Shown: positions 12,427-24,658, numbered from the stretch's first letter. The stretch: 64,000 nt of DNA from Octopus sinensis (GCF_006345805.1 NC_042999.1:19344001-19408000), one strand, 5' to 3'. The notes: generated by a model not told the origin, from the letters alone. Numbers and translations are program-made.

Positions 12427-12814
12427 CTAGCAGTATCGCCCGGCGTTGCTCTGGTTTGTTTCGACCCTTTAGAATTGGAATTTTTGAAAAGTAAAATTTT
12501 TACATTATGTAGCTTGTTATTCTCTTTAAGTGAACATTTTTCTAGTTGAAATACACCAAAAAATGGCGTCACAGCAGTCAAAGAATCGTAAAAAATAGGG
12601 ATTTTCATAGAAAAAAAAGCATCTTTTTTATGTAAATAATTTTTGGTGTTAACATGGTCCGATTTGAATTTTATCTTCTACGGAGTGAAGAGAAGGTTTT
12701 CTATCATACTCTCAATTTTGGTCAACTTGCGCTGCAGGGTCTCGGAGGAGATAGTGAAAGTTGAAGGCTACCAAACCTGCCACACACAGTCAACTTCAGC
12801 TTTATATTTAGAGA
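12427..12814 (-). mobile_element. Non-autonomous Helitron (~390 bp)
   Basis: On the minus strand: 5' TC start, 3' GC-rich subterminal hairpin followed by CTAG, inserted between A and T with no TSD; two further copies at 23743 and 24266. Confidence 0.8.
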
Positions 12815-13692
12815 TTCATTCTATCTTTCTTTTGCGGAACTCTTAATGTTCCGTTTCCAAGCGGCGGGGACAAACACACACACACACACGAGTATAGAGA
12901 GAGGGCAGAAGATTCTTGCCTAAGCTTCCGTGCAGTGGAATACTGTCTCCAAAACAAAGCGAACTTCTTAATCACACAGCAATGCTTGCGTAACATTTGA
13001 TAGAAGTTGTTCCCAATTCAAAATAGATGTAAAAATTCATATTTGATAGTATAGAATGTCTGTCGAGATATAGAAAAATAGGAAAACCGAAGAACAAAAA
13101 AAAGCTGAAATTTAAATTAAATTGCTGTTGAAATATTCTGAAAAACTTGAAATATCCCAGAAGAATAACATAGCAAGTTACTATTAAAAGCCGAGTGAAA
13201 TATCTCTAGAATAAAATTATTAAAATATACAAGAAATATAAACTTTTGAATATTCCAAATTTTCTTATAGTTTTGCTGAAAGCAGATATAGATATAAACT
13301 TAAAAATCAGAGACCAGATACAAATGGAAATGTGTTGTATGCTAAAAGAAAAATAAATACTGAAAATAAATCAGTTATCTTGTCAAAACAACAGGTTAAT
13401 ATATTGCATATGCAAGCAAAATTTTATTCTATGAATAGAAATAAGTTTTCAATGGTGGACGATAAACAGGACTACTTTGGATGACAGAATAGCTAATCCA
13501 GCTTACAAACAAACGTCTTTATGCGTTTAAAAGGTTTTAGATGAGTGAGTTTAATACAGTTGGATCTATTTAAACACAACAATAGATAATTAAGGCATAA
13601 ATGGGTCAGATCCATTATAATCTGTAACTTATTTTAGTTACGTCCCTTGCTTTAGAGTTTTAAATAATCGTAGAATATAATATTGATTAATA

Positions 13693-14022
13693 AAGCGGCG
13701 AGCTGGTAGAACCGTTAGCACGCCAGGTGAAATGCGTAGCAATATTTCGTCTGCCGCTACGTTCTGAGTTCAAATTCCGCTTAATCCGTTTTTCTGTCCT
13801 TGTTTGTCCCCTCTATGTTTAGCCCCTTGTGGGTAATAAAGAAACAGGTATTTCGTCTGTCGTTACGTTCTGAGTTCAAATTCCGCCGAGGTCGACTTTG
13901 CCTTTCGAGATCGATAAAATAAAGTACCAGTTTCGCACTGGGGTCGATGTAATCGACTTAATCCCTTTGTCTCTCCTTGTTTGTCCCCTCTATGTTTAGC
14001 CCCTTGTGGGCAGTAAAGAAAT
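13693..14022 (+). mobile_element. SINE-B, long-tail subfamily, internally duplicated
   Basis: Head followed by a partial and a complete ~185-bp unit ending in gtaaagaaata. Confidence 0.85.
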
Positions 14023-14101
14023 ATATAACGCTGATTAATTGCGTCTATAGTCTCTCTATTTCACTTCAATATTTTACATATTGCTAGACACTAAAACTTT
14101 T

Positions 14102-14240
14102 CAGCCGAAACGTTGTGTTAACAACAAACAAGATGAGGACAAATATCCGTCAATTGTAAATAACGTACAAAATTCCTCATCTCTTAAATATAGAATTACA
14201 TACATAATTCCTCATCTCTTAAGTATAGAACTGAAGAGAA
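14102..14240 (+). mobile_element. 3' tail fragment of the HHR-SINE (family H2)
   Basis: cagccgaaacgttgtgttaacaacaaacaagatgaggacaaatatcc... is identical or near-identical to 16810-16875. Confidence 0.8.
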
Positions 14241-14670
14241 GACTAGTGAGTGATGTAACCCCCTCTGCCTATAATACATCACAGCATAACTCAAAACTTC
14301 TGTTACACATCTTCGAGCTTTATATATTGTATCATTTGTTTTCGGTGCACTTTGCGTTTACAGAAGAAGCCATCTCTTTGCATGTCGTTTTTATAAGTAC
14401 ATTCGAAGCACACTACTACATATGTCAGGTTAACCTGTCGCCATCCACTTCAACACAAAGAACCATTCAATTATTCTTTCCTTAATATGTAGCATCTCAC
14501 TCCATCATGGATCCGACCACTCAAGGAGACAGAAGGCACAGCATTTCTTATTCTAAATCAGTATGACTTTATTCCTTTTAAAATCTATGCAACCATATTA
14601 GTGAAGAAAGGAAATATAGTTTTATCTAGTTGAGAAAATGAAGTAACATTAACACTATACATACATGTGT

Positions 14671-15014
14671 GGAAGCGCAATGGCCCAGTGGTTAGGGCAG
14701 TGGACTCGCGGTCATAGGATCGCGGTTTCGATTCCCAGACCGGGCGTTGTGAGTGTTTATTGAGCAAAAACACCTAAAAGCTCCACGAAGCTATACCCTT
14801 TCTCTCACTCTTACTTCCTATTTCTGTTGTACCTGTATTTCAAGGGGCCGGCCTTGTCACTCTCTGTGTCACGCTGAATATCCCCGAGAACTAAGTTAAG
14901 GGTGCACGTGTCTGTGGAGTGTTCAGCCACTTACACGTTAATTTCACGAGCAGGCTGTTCCGTTGATTCGGATCAACCGGAAACCTCGTCGTCGTAACCG
15001 ACGGAGTGCTTCCA
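14671..15014 (+). mobile_element. SINE-C with tail type beta
   Basis: Same head as 9434; tail matches the reverse complement of 36500-36715. Confidence 0.88.
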
Positions 15015-15081
15015 CATACATGTGTGATCGTTTATAACACCAGTCATACATACATAACAATAAAATGTATGATCCGTTTCT

Positions 15082-15307
15082 TTATTACCCACAAGGGGCT
15101 AAACATAGAGGGAAACAAACAAGGACAGACAAACGGATTAAGTCGATTACATCGAGCCCAGTGCGTAACTGGTACTTAATTTATCGACCCCGAAAGGATG
15201 AAAGGCAAAGTCGACCTCGGCGGAATTTGAACTCAGAACGTAACGGCAGACGAAATACAGCTACGCATTTCGCCCGGCGTGCTAACGGTTCAGCCAGCTC
15301 GCCGCCT
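15082..15307 (-). mobile_element. SINE-B, long-tail subfamily
   Basis: Reverse complement of head plus unit. Confidence 0.88.
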
Positions 15308-15765
15308 TATAACAATAATATGTATGTTCCTGAAGAGAATGGTAACATGATTCGATGTTATCGTAACTGCATCAGCAATTTTAATCTTGCTACAAATTCT
15401 GGCTTACATTCATGGTGCTACCTCCTTCTCACACGTCCACTATACTATATTGATATCTACTCCATGGAGCTGGTTAATCTCTCCCCAACATCCAATTCAG
15501 TGTTCTTGTTTCCCTTGTACCTCCCCCTCTCATACTTTATCTTTACTCTCTCTTTTACTCTTTTACTTGTTTCAGTCATTTGACTGCGGCCATGCTGGAG
15601 CACCGCCTTTAGTCGAGCAAATCGACCCCGGGACTTATTCTTTGTAAGCCCAGTACTTATTCTATCGGTCTCTTTTTGCCGAACCGCTGAGTGACGGGGA
15701 CGTAAGCACACCAGCATCGGTTGTCAAGCAATGCTAGAAGGACAAACACAGACACACAAACATAT

Positions 15766-15830
<65 letters not shown>

Positions 15831-15845
15831 ATATATATATATATA

Positions 15846-16116
15846 CCGGAGTAAACACATAAATGTAAAACAAGGTGGAAAAAAGAGTACTCAAATACCA
15901 GTGGTAGAGTAATATGCTTTATTTTAAGCAGCAGAAAATTCAACAAAATCTGTTACTCTGAGTATCTCGTTGCCGTTCATCAGACAGTTTTTTCTAGAAT
16001 GGAACCGATATATCAATTGATATATCGGTTCCATTCTAGCAAAAACTGTCTGATGAACGGCAACGAGAAACTCAGAGTAACAGATTTTGTTGAATTTTCT
16101 GCTGCTTAAAATAAAG
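15846..16116. mobile_element. HHR-bearing fold-back element (family H3)
   Basis: ~70-bp unique start ccggagtaaacac, then a 200-bp palindrome 15917-16116 centred on caa|ttg; homologous copy at 39936. Confidence 0.85.
16046..16083 (+). ncRNA. Minimal type I hammerhead ribozyme, canonical core
   Basis: CTGT-CTGATGA-A CG gcaa CG A-GAAA-CT cag AG-TA/ACAG; predicted cleavage GTA after 16079. Confidence 0.7.
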
Positions 16117-16449
16117 TATATATATATATATACGACAGGCTTCTTTCAGTTTCCGTCTACCAAATCCACTCACAAGGCTTTGGTCGGCCCGAGGTTATAG
16201 CAGAAGACACTTGCCCAAGATGCCACGCAGTTGGACTGAACCCGGAACCATGTGGTTGGTTAGCAAGCTACTTACCACAGCCACTCCTATTGATTTTCTC
16301 GCTCAAACCCCGACTAATCGCTTGGTCTATTCTTCCTTACCCTGCAATGCCTTTTCTCTGGAATTCTATTTGTACCCGTTCATTTTACTATAGACATTGC
16401 ATTGTAGCTCTTAACGAAGAGCATTAACCATGTCGGTCTCACTAGTTTT

Positions 16450-16692
16450 CTCTTCAGTTCTATATTTAAGAGACGAGGAATTATTTACATTATTTACAAT
16501 TGAAGGATATTTGTCCTCATCTTGTTTGTTGCTAACAACGTTTTGGCTGATATACCCTTCAGCCTTCATAACCACTACGCCATATGCCCAGGGCTACTAA
16601 CCCCAAGATTCCGAGTTCGAATCCAGGCAGTGACCTGAATAGTAATACTACTACTACTACTACTACTATACTACTACTACTACTACTACTAC

Positions 16693-16733
<41 letters not shown>

Positions 16734-16876
16734 TCGAAAAATACCTTAGAAATGAGAACCCAGGTTCGAAATTTCCCCCAAGACACCTGATGAAGGCTGG
16801 AGAGTATATCAGCCGAAACGTTGTGTTAACAACAAACAAGATGAGGACAAATATCCGTCGAATGTAAATAATGTAG
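16450..16876. mobile_element. tRNA-headed SINE with HHR tail (family H2), 5'-inverted copy
   Basis: Plus strand 16589-16876 carries a B-box head remnant, an (AAT)n linker and the HHR tail. Minus strand 16450-16588 carries the A box (GGCATATGGCGTAGTGGTT) fused to a second tail copy. Confidence 0.75.
16782..16827 (+). ncRNA. Type I hammerhead ribozyme with palindromic minimal stem III
   Basis: GACAC-CTGATGA-A-GGCTG gagagtatat CAGCC-GAAA-CGTT/GTGTT; predicted cleavage after 16822. Confidence 0.72.
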
Positions 16877-16974
16877 TCTTCTCTTTTCCTACACGAACAA
16901 AGCCGATTTTGATTTTTAACCTAATTCATACGTAATCTATAAATCTATCTATTACTATAAATAGATATAGATAA

Positions 16975-17013
16975 ATTTTTAGATAGATAGATATAAGATA
17001 GATAGATAGATAG

Positions 17014-17058
<45 letters not shown>
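16975..17058. repeat. (GATA)n microsatellite
   Basis: Direct reading. Confidence 0.95.
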
Positions 17059-17784
17059 TGAAAGAAAACTAAACAAATTATAGAATATTTAACGTTTACT
17101 TTCTTTTAATATTTAATAGATCGTTTAAAATTAACCAGAAATAAATATACAGCTAGAAGAAAACCAATAAATTGACTTTTACAATATTCTCCCCATTATT
17201 TCATCTTTGAACTAAAAGAACTAAGCAATTTTAACGTTACTAAGCAAAACAAGAAAACATAAGAAATAGTAATGTGAACGGCAATAACATCACCACAGCC
17301 CCAACTTACATTGTTTTTACACAACAAAGATAAAAATCTTATTTTAACTCATCACTGTCTGACTTCTGTTGTCAACCTTTCGCTTTTAAGTCGTTGTTTT
17401 TTTCTCTCTTATTTTATTATCAATCTTATATTATTTTCACATATATTTCTACATGAAGCAAGATCAAATAATTATAAGCTGTAATTTTCTAATATGACCA
17501 AACAGTTAATGAATTAAAACAAAAGGAAAATTTTAATTACTAATAAGCTCAGTTTTTTCAATTAATTCTGTACCGGTTACAGACGGTCAGGGTCACCAAG
17601 ATGTGAATTAAACTGCATTTTTATCTCGTTATGTGTGTAAACATATTTGCCTTCGTGCGTTGAAATAAATTTCATTTCATTCTTTGCAACCTAAATCGCT
17701 AAATATGTATTTTTTTAATCTTATCTAGTTTCAGCTCACGATCTGTGGCCATGCTGAGGCACCACCATTTGGTGTTGCTACATG

Positions 17785-18272
17785 ATTTTACTTCACGAAT
17801 ACTTTTTAGGAATTGACATTTGGGGCACGAGAGAGTTTGATGCAGCTGCACTTATCTGCACCTTCTGTCGCGAAGTTGGTTCGTCTGGGACACCTGACAG
17901 GAAGAGGTCCAGCTTTATTTTGTAGACACCTACATCCACTCCATGCAGGTCTCTCAGGTCCTTCGGGAGGATATTGAAGAGTTGTGGACCTCTGAAGCCC
18001 AGGCTATTACAGTATATTGTCCTACATGTTGGTGGCAAATTTGGAGTCCTTGCACTATGCAGTGGCGCCCAGTTCTAGTATTTGTGTAACTCTCGATGCC
18101 AAAGTTTGGGACAAGTCCTTCCATGATCTTCTTTCTCGCCTACGCTCTATGGAATAGAGTCTTACTCTCTTGAGTCTTTCCCAATAGCTTATATGCTGCA
18201 TACAGGCTATCTTCGTGTAGCTTCGTTGGATTGCCTCAAGTTCTGAGATTAATTTGACACTGGTTGGTAACC
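17785..18272 (-). mobile_element. CR1/L2-clade LINE ORF2 C-terminal fragment (frameshifted)
   Basis: Minus-strand translations ELEAIQRSYT..IACMQHISYWERLKRVRLYSIERRRER and NSLGFRGPQLFNILPKDLRDL..FLSGVPDEP..AAASNSL are typical of the C-terminus of these LINEs. Confidence 0.85.
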
Positions 18273-18303
18273 ATAGCTGATTATATATATATATATATGT
18301 ATG

Positions 18304-18337
<34 letters not shown>

Positions 18338-18453
18338 ATATATACATAAATGAGGGTGAAAAATTAGATATTAATTTAATAATACCGTCAGTTTAACACC
18401 AAGCTATTTCTAGCACTAGAGTTAGCCACTTATCGTTAACTCTCTTATATTTA

Positions 18454-18523
<70 letters not shown>

Positions 18524-19224
18524 GTGTGTGTGTGTGTGTGTGTATACGTTAAATATATATATTAGCAAGTCTCTCTGTGTGCATAACGAAATAAATGTGT
18601 GTGTATGTGTGATTGAGTGTGTTAATATTTACATCCATGCACACGTGTATAGATAGCTAGATGAAAAAATATGTTTTTAACGGTGAAAGTTTAAGTAGAT
18701 AAAGTTATGAGTAAAGGCGTATAGATATTGGATTAAAAATTCCTTGAATGGAGAAAGTGGAAGACTGCCCGTGGAATTCGAACCAGCATCTTCTGCAAGC
18801 ATGACAGGTGTCCTACCATTATAAAAAAGCAATCCTACGAATTTCTCCCTCCAGTGTGGAAGCTTTATTCTTACAAGTGAGAATTGTAGGATTTTCACGT
18901 TATAAGCGTTTGGAAACATCGAGGAATATAAGAATTATTGTTTTGAACAGTGGAATCAGTGAGAGAGAAGACAGACGTAGTACGCTATACGACGTATTGC
19001 CCTTTGCAAAGCTGTTCTTAAACGCTGTATAGGCTTGGCATGCTCATAGGTAATTCAGTGGGTAGTATTTTATGCTTAGTACTTTGGATGAACGGATAAC
19101 GGCTGAATCAAAAATTTGCTGGTGGTATCAGTAATTCTAATGTTGCTTATAGTTTTTCATTTCTTTCTTTTTTGCTGCAGACATATTTTCTGTTAGGCTT
19201 GTGATTAATAATTACGGTTTAATG

Positions 19225-19607
19225 TAGGCGTAGGAGTGGCTATGTGGTAAGTAGCTTGCATACGAACCACATGGTTCCGGGTTCAGTCCCACTGCGTAGC
19301 AACTTGGGCAAGTGTCTTCTACTATAGCTTCGGGCCGACCAAAGCCTTGTAAGTGGATTTGGTAGACGGAAACTGAAAGAAGCCCGTCGTATGTATGTGT
19401 GTGTGTCTGTGTCTGTGTTTGTGCCCCCGACATCGTTTGACAAGCGATGCTGGTGTGTATACGTCCCCGTCACTTAGCGGTTCGGCAAAAGAGACCGATA
19501 GAATAAGTTCTAGGCTTACAAAGAATAAGTCCTGAGGTCGATTTGCTCGACTAAAGGCGGTGCTCCAGCATGGCCACAGTCAAATGACTGAAACAAGTAA
19601 AAGAGTA
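19225..19607 (+). mobile_element. SINE-A, full length
   Basis: Matches the other copies. Confidence 0.9.
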
Positions 19608-19609
19608 TT

Positions 19610-20640
19610 TGCCTTACCTTGGCGATTTTGAGAGGAGAACGTTTCAGTTTGTGAAATTAACGATTGGTCTTTTTAGAATTTTTGAGGATGTAGAATAAAG
19701 TAAAATGCTTTTATATGATGCAATTTCATTCGACTTTGGGAGGCTTTACATTTGTTAGGATACGAAACGAAAGGAAATCCTTCAATTTGAGGTTACGTTA
19801 CATGAGTATTATTGCGGGAAGGAAATTTAGAATTCTTACAATTTGCTCCGTTTCCAATTTATATCAATTTGATTAGTATTGGTACGATTAACTGTAATGT
19901 GTTGGTGAATGCAATTATTTCTTAAAGCCTTAAGGGATTACAACAGCTTTTACGCGAATATTTTGGCGTTGCGAATTTTGTGTTTATATGTCTTCTGAGA
20001 AACTTGGTGGAGAAGGGGCACCAAAATCGTAGTCTAAGTAAGCAATTTTAAGTTTGCGTTCTTGATTTTCTCGCTTGATTTTCAGTGGCTAATTTTCTGG
20101 AAATAATGGATAATGGACTTTAGTTGATGCAGCAGTGTGTGTATGTTATTTGAATTTTTATAACGACATAAGGTGTAATACTACTCTTGTTGTGGTGGGG
20201 AAGTAGGCAATTACGAAATATAAAGTTGTTCTGTGTATTGTATGTATTCTATGATGGATACAAATGTTTACCAGTTTTCTGGTTTTATATTACACTTTAG
20301 TTCGTTGCTTTTTAATTTTATCTTGTTTGAGCGTTTGATGCTGAAGTTATTTTTACTATGTGGGGACTTTGTGTATTATGTTTGAAGTGGTCTACGGTTC
20401 TTTTATGAAGTTAACTATTCCTGAGTTGTAATTGGGATTGTATGCTGTGTTGTGCAACATCATTTTTAGATACGTCTGTAATTATTATGCTCGGTATAGG
20501 TAAAAGAGTGTCTACGATGGTAATTGATGAATTCTGAAAAGCTTGGTTCTATTTCTAGGTTGGAATCTTTATATCTTACTCTTTTTTAAGGTTATAAAAA
20601 TGATGTTCTTTATTAACGTACAAGTATAAAGAGTCAATAA
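19610..20640 (-). mobile_element. Old Penelope-like (Neptune-type) RT C-terminus plus GIY-YIG remnant
   Basis: Minus-strand fragments FINYHRRHSF, IGNG..KFPSRNNTH and RILTNVKP occur in the order expected for the PLE motifs YINY.S.HP, YIG...FK.RYNNH and W.IL...KPY; many stops and frameshifts. Confidence 0.5.
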
Positions 20641-20970
20641 AAGATGGGTGGCTTAAAGAAAAAATTGAGAACTGATTTCTAATTGATTGTGATGGCTCAC
20701 TAACAGAAGTGTTGTGTGAGGAGTATTGCTTTACTTGAGCTGGTGTATTACAAGTGTATGTGTATTAGGACTGGCTTAGAATTTAAAAGGAGTCTATTTC
20801 CGATGTCTAGCCTGGTCGCCTTTCATTTTTATCGTTACTATTTGAAAACCAGGTTTCGTGTGCGCAACAGTCTCCTCTAATAATAGTTTTCACCAGAATC
20901 TCAAAATGATACAGCTGGGTGTTTTACCTGGATATGTTAGCTGGTCTCGAAATTGGATGAGGATGGGAGC

Positions 20971-21017
<47 letters not shown>

Positions 21018-21189
21018 GAATATTATTTCAAATTTATAAGGAAAAATTCAATTTAGCAATACTAAATCAAATTTCACAAAATATAATATATGTATATAAA
21101 TTAGAAAACAACCACCTTTTATCAATTCAACAATCAAATAATTAAATTATACCATATATATATATATATTTGATTTCTGATTTTGACAT

Positions 21190-21693
21190 GCCCAGCAATT
21201 TGTGGGGAAGGGATAAGTCAATTACATCGATCCCGAAATATGTTACATAAAATGAGATAATTCTGCCGAGGTCGACTTTGCCTTTCATTCTTTCGGGGGT
21301 CGATAAATCAAGTACCAGTTCCGTACAGGGGTCGATCTAGATTAATAAGATAATTCCTATGTACGGAACTGCTACTTTATATATCGAACCCCGAAAGAAT
21401 GAAAGGCAAAGTCGACCTCGGCGGAATTTGAACTCAATACGTAGCGGCAGACGAAATACCTATTTCTTTACTACCCACAAGGGGTTAAACACAGAGAGGA
21501 CAAACAAGGACAGACAAACGGATTAAGTCGATTATATCGACCCCAGTGAGTAACTGGTACTTAATTTATCGACCCCGAAAGGATGAAAGGCAAAGCCGAC
21601 CTGGGCGTAATTTGAACTCAGAACGTAGCGGCTGACGAAGTACTGCTAAGCATTTCGCCCATCGTGCAAACGATTCTGCCAGCTCGCCGCCTT
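21190..21693 (-). mobile_element. SINE-B composite with a local fold-back (21259-21428)
   Basis: Minus-strand long-tail SINE-B preceded by an inverted copy of its own core. Confidence 0.8.
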
Positions 21694-21865
21694 ATGGTAA
21701 CAATATATTGTATATAAAGTATTCACAGGTGCACCGATAACCAGCTGGCGGAGAATCTGCCTGGGGTTAAAGAAGTAGTAACATTAAAATGCCAATTTAA
21801 TGTGCCAACTGACTATACATATATGTACATGTTTGTGTTTTATATATATATATATATATATATAT

Positions 21866-22040
21866 GGGGGAGAGTTCACGAAAAAAACAAAAGACGAAGA
21901 CAGGTGATGTAGAAAATAAACAGATGTGTTAGTATAACGCTCAGGAATTGAAAATGTCTTTTATGTTTCGAGCCTACGCTCTTCTACAGAAAGGGACACA
22001 GAAAAAACAAAACAAGGAGAGAAACAGGAGGAGAAAAGCA
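21866..22040 (-). mobile_element. Family H1 element with variant HHR at 21958-21993
   Basis: Reverse complement CTTT-CTGTAGA-A-GAGC GTAG GCTC-GAAA-CATA-AAAG; abuts (TA)n. Confidence 0.75.
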
Positions 22041-22591
22041 TGTGTGTAGATATATATGTGTGTGTGTGTTAAATAAAGACAACAAAACTAAAGCTGTGTG
22101 AAATTTATAGGACATTTTATAAATGTCCTCTGTAAATTCCACATAGTACTGGTTTTGTTGTCTCATCTTATCTAATTTCTGAATCAGGAGGTTAATATGT
22201 CCACGCACTGGGTATACCGTCATCAGAGAAAGATATGAATATTTTAGACATGGAAAATTCACAGTTTATAAGAAATAGAATAGCAGAATAAAGGAATAGA
22301 TAGAAGAATAAAGAGTAAAGGTAGTACGAAGAATATAGGCAAGAGAAGCTAGCTAATTTCAATTCGATGATACATTCCAGCTTTGACCAAGGTGTCTTTT
22401 ACTGGCATATAGTGGATCCATCAATACATTATCAATTTATTGAGTCATCAAGATGTGATTGGACAGAGATTCCTGTGTTATCTCCAGCAACTTGTGCAAT
22501 TCTATGGAAAATCTTTCGTGTTCTTCGTTTACAAGTATTGTTGGGCTTCTTTAGCTCGAGGTGAGTTCTTGTTCACCATGTTTATGATTGT

Positions 22592-22837
22592 GGAGGCGCG
22601 TGGCCTTAGTGGTTAGGGTGTTGAACTCATGACCGTAATGTTGTGGTTTCGATTCCTGGACCGGGTGTGCGTTGTGTTCTTGAAAAGAACACTTCATTTT
22701 CACGTTGTTCCAGTCTACTCATCTGGCAAAAATGAGTAATCCTGCGACGGACTGGCGTCCCGTCCAGGTGGGGAATTTGTACGCCACTGAAACCAGGAAA
22801 CCGGTCATTATGAGCCTGGAATGGCTCGAGAAGGAAC
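22592..22837 (+). mobile_element. SINE-D (tRNA head, V-domain-like cctgcgacggactggcgtcccgtccagg, tail delta)
   Basis: A and B boxes present; tail shared with the adjacent element. Confidence 0.75.
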
Positions 22838-22845
22838 ATTTATGT

Positions 22846-23140
22846 GGAGGCACATGGCCTTGTGGTTAGAGCAGTGGACTCACGGTCGAGGGATCTCGGG
22901 TTCGAATCTCAGACTGGGTGATGTGTGTTTATGAGCGAAACACCTAAGCTCCAAGCGGCTCCCCCAGAAGGTATTGGCGAACTTCTGCTGACTCTTTCAC
23001 CACAACTTTTTCTCATCCTTTCCTCCTGCGTCTAGCAGCTCACCTCCGACGGATCGGCGTCCGTCCAGGTGGGGAACCTATACGCCAAGGAAACCGGGAA
23101 ACTAGCCCTTATGAGCCAGGCGTGGCTCGAGAAGGAACAA
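22846..23140 (+). mobile_element. SINE-C-like element with tail delta
   Basis: SINE-C-type head and body, with the same 3' tail as 22592-22837. Confidence 0.75.
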
Positions 23141-23742
23141 ATGAATGAAGGAATATCTATGATTAAACGAGTTCCAGAGAGGTGCGTCGGTTTTTCAGAG
23201 TATGTAAGGGTACATATTCCTCTGTGCCATTCTTTTTCTGTATAATGTATGTTACTATACGCTAGAGAAATAGCTGCTATTTCTGGTGGATCTAACGACT
23301 ACATAGAGGCTTTGTCACTGGTTCCATTATCAATTGTTGTCGTTTTTATTGCTGTTTAAATATAAATCAGCCAAGTTTAAATCCGAAACATTCATAACTT
23401 AAGAGTATTGTAGAATTATACTTTCGAGTTTATTCTTCTTCTTTTCAACACATAGATTACATTTTGATGGAAATTTGGCTGCTATATCTAGCATGTCGAA
23501 TAACCGTGTATAGGCCATATCGTTTGCTCGAATTAGCAAGTTTAAATCCTAATCATTCACAACTTAAGAGTATTGCAGGATTATACTTTCGAATTTCTTC
23601 TTTTTTTCAATACATAGAGTACATTTTGATGGAAATTTGTCTGCTATATCTAGCACGTCGAAGAACCGTATATAGGCTATAACGTTGGCTGGAATTAGCA
23701 AGTTTAAATCCGAAACATTCACAACTTGAGTGTATTGTAGGA

Positions 23743-24103
23743 CTAACAGTATCGCCAGGCGATGCTCGGGTTTGTTTCGACCCTTTAGAATTGGAATTTT
23801 TGAAGAGTAAACATTTTGCATTACGTAGCTTGTTATTCTCTTTATGTCAATATTTTTCTGGTTGAAATACAAAGAAAAATGGCGACACAGCAGTCAAAAA
23901 GTTGTAAAAAACAGAGATTTTCATAGAAAAAAAGCACCTTTTTGGTGTTAATATGGTCCGATTTGAATTTTTTCTTCTACGGAATGAAGAACAACTTGGT
24001 CAACTTGGTCAACTTGCGCCACAGGGTCTCAGAGGAGATAGTGAAAGTTGAAGACTACCAAACCTGCTATACACAGACGACTTCAGCTTTATTTATATAG
24101 AGA
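23743..24103 (-). mobile_element. Non-autonomous Helitron
   Basis: Homologous to 12427-12814; sits at the A|T target gtagga|ttatac of the tandem unit. Confidence 0.8.
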
Positions 24104-24265
24104 TTATACTTTCGAATTTATTCTTCTTTTCAACACATAGATTGCATTTTGATGGAAATTTGGCTGCTATATCTAGCACGTCGAACAACCATGTATAGGC
24201 TATAACGTTGGCTGGAATTAGCAAGTTTAAATCCGAAACATTCACAACTTGAGTGTATTGTAGGA

Positions 24266-24658
24266 CTAGCTGTATGGCCCGGCGTTGCTCGGGGTTTGTT
24301 TCAACTCTTTAGAAGTGGAATTTTTGAATAATAAAAATTTTGCATTATGTAGCTTGTTATTCTCTTTAAGTGAACATTTTTTTGGTTGAAATACAAAGAA
24401 AAATGGCGACACAGCAGTCAAAAAGTCGTAAAAAATAGGGATTTTCATAGAAAAAAAGCACTTTTTTGATGTAAATAATTTTTGGTGTTAACATGGTCTG
24501 ATTTGAATATTTTCTTCTACGGAATAAAGAACAAGCCTTCTTCTATGATACTCTCAATTTTGGTCAACTTGCACCACAGGGTCTCGGAGGAGATAGTGTT
24601 AGTTGAAGGCTACCAAACCTGCCACACACAGACAACTTCAGCTTTATATATAGAGAGA
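24266..24658 (-). mobile_element. Non-autonomous Helitron
   Basis: Homologous to 12427-12814; intact CTAG 3' end; same unit position as the copy at 23743. Confidence 0.82.

Larger units (their letters stand above)
15549..16288 (-). mobile_element. SINE-A interrupted in its internal (TA)n by the H3 hairpin element
   Basis: SINE-A 3' half at 15549-15775 and 5' half at 16132-16288, with the insert at 15846-16116. Confidence 0.85.

Noticed and set aside
15065-15583. Recurrent ORFs containing RNWYLIYRPRKDERQSRPRRNLNSERNGRRN or DGLLSVSVYQIHSQGFGRPEAIVEDTCPRCH
   Set aside because: Translations of the non-coding SINE-B and SINE-A consensus; they recur because the SINEs recur
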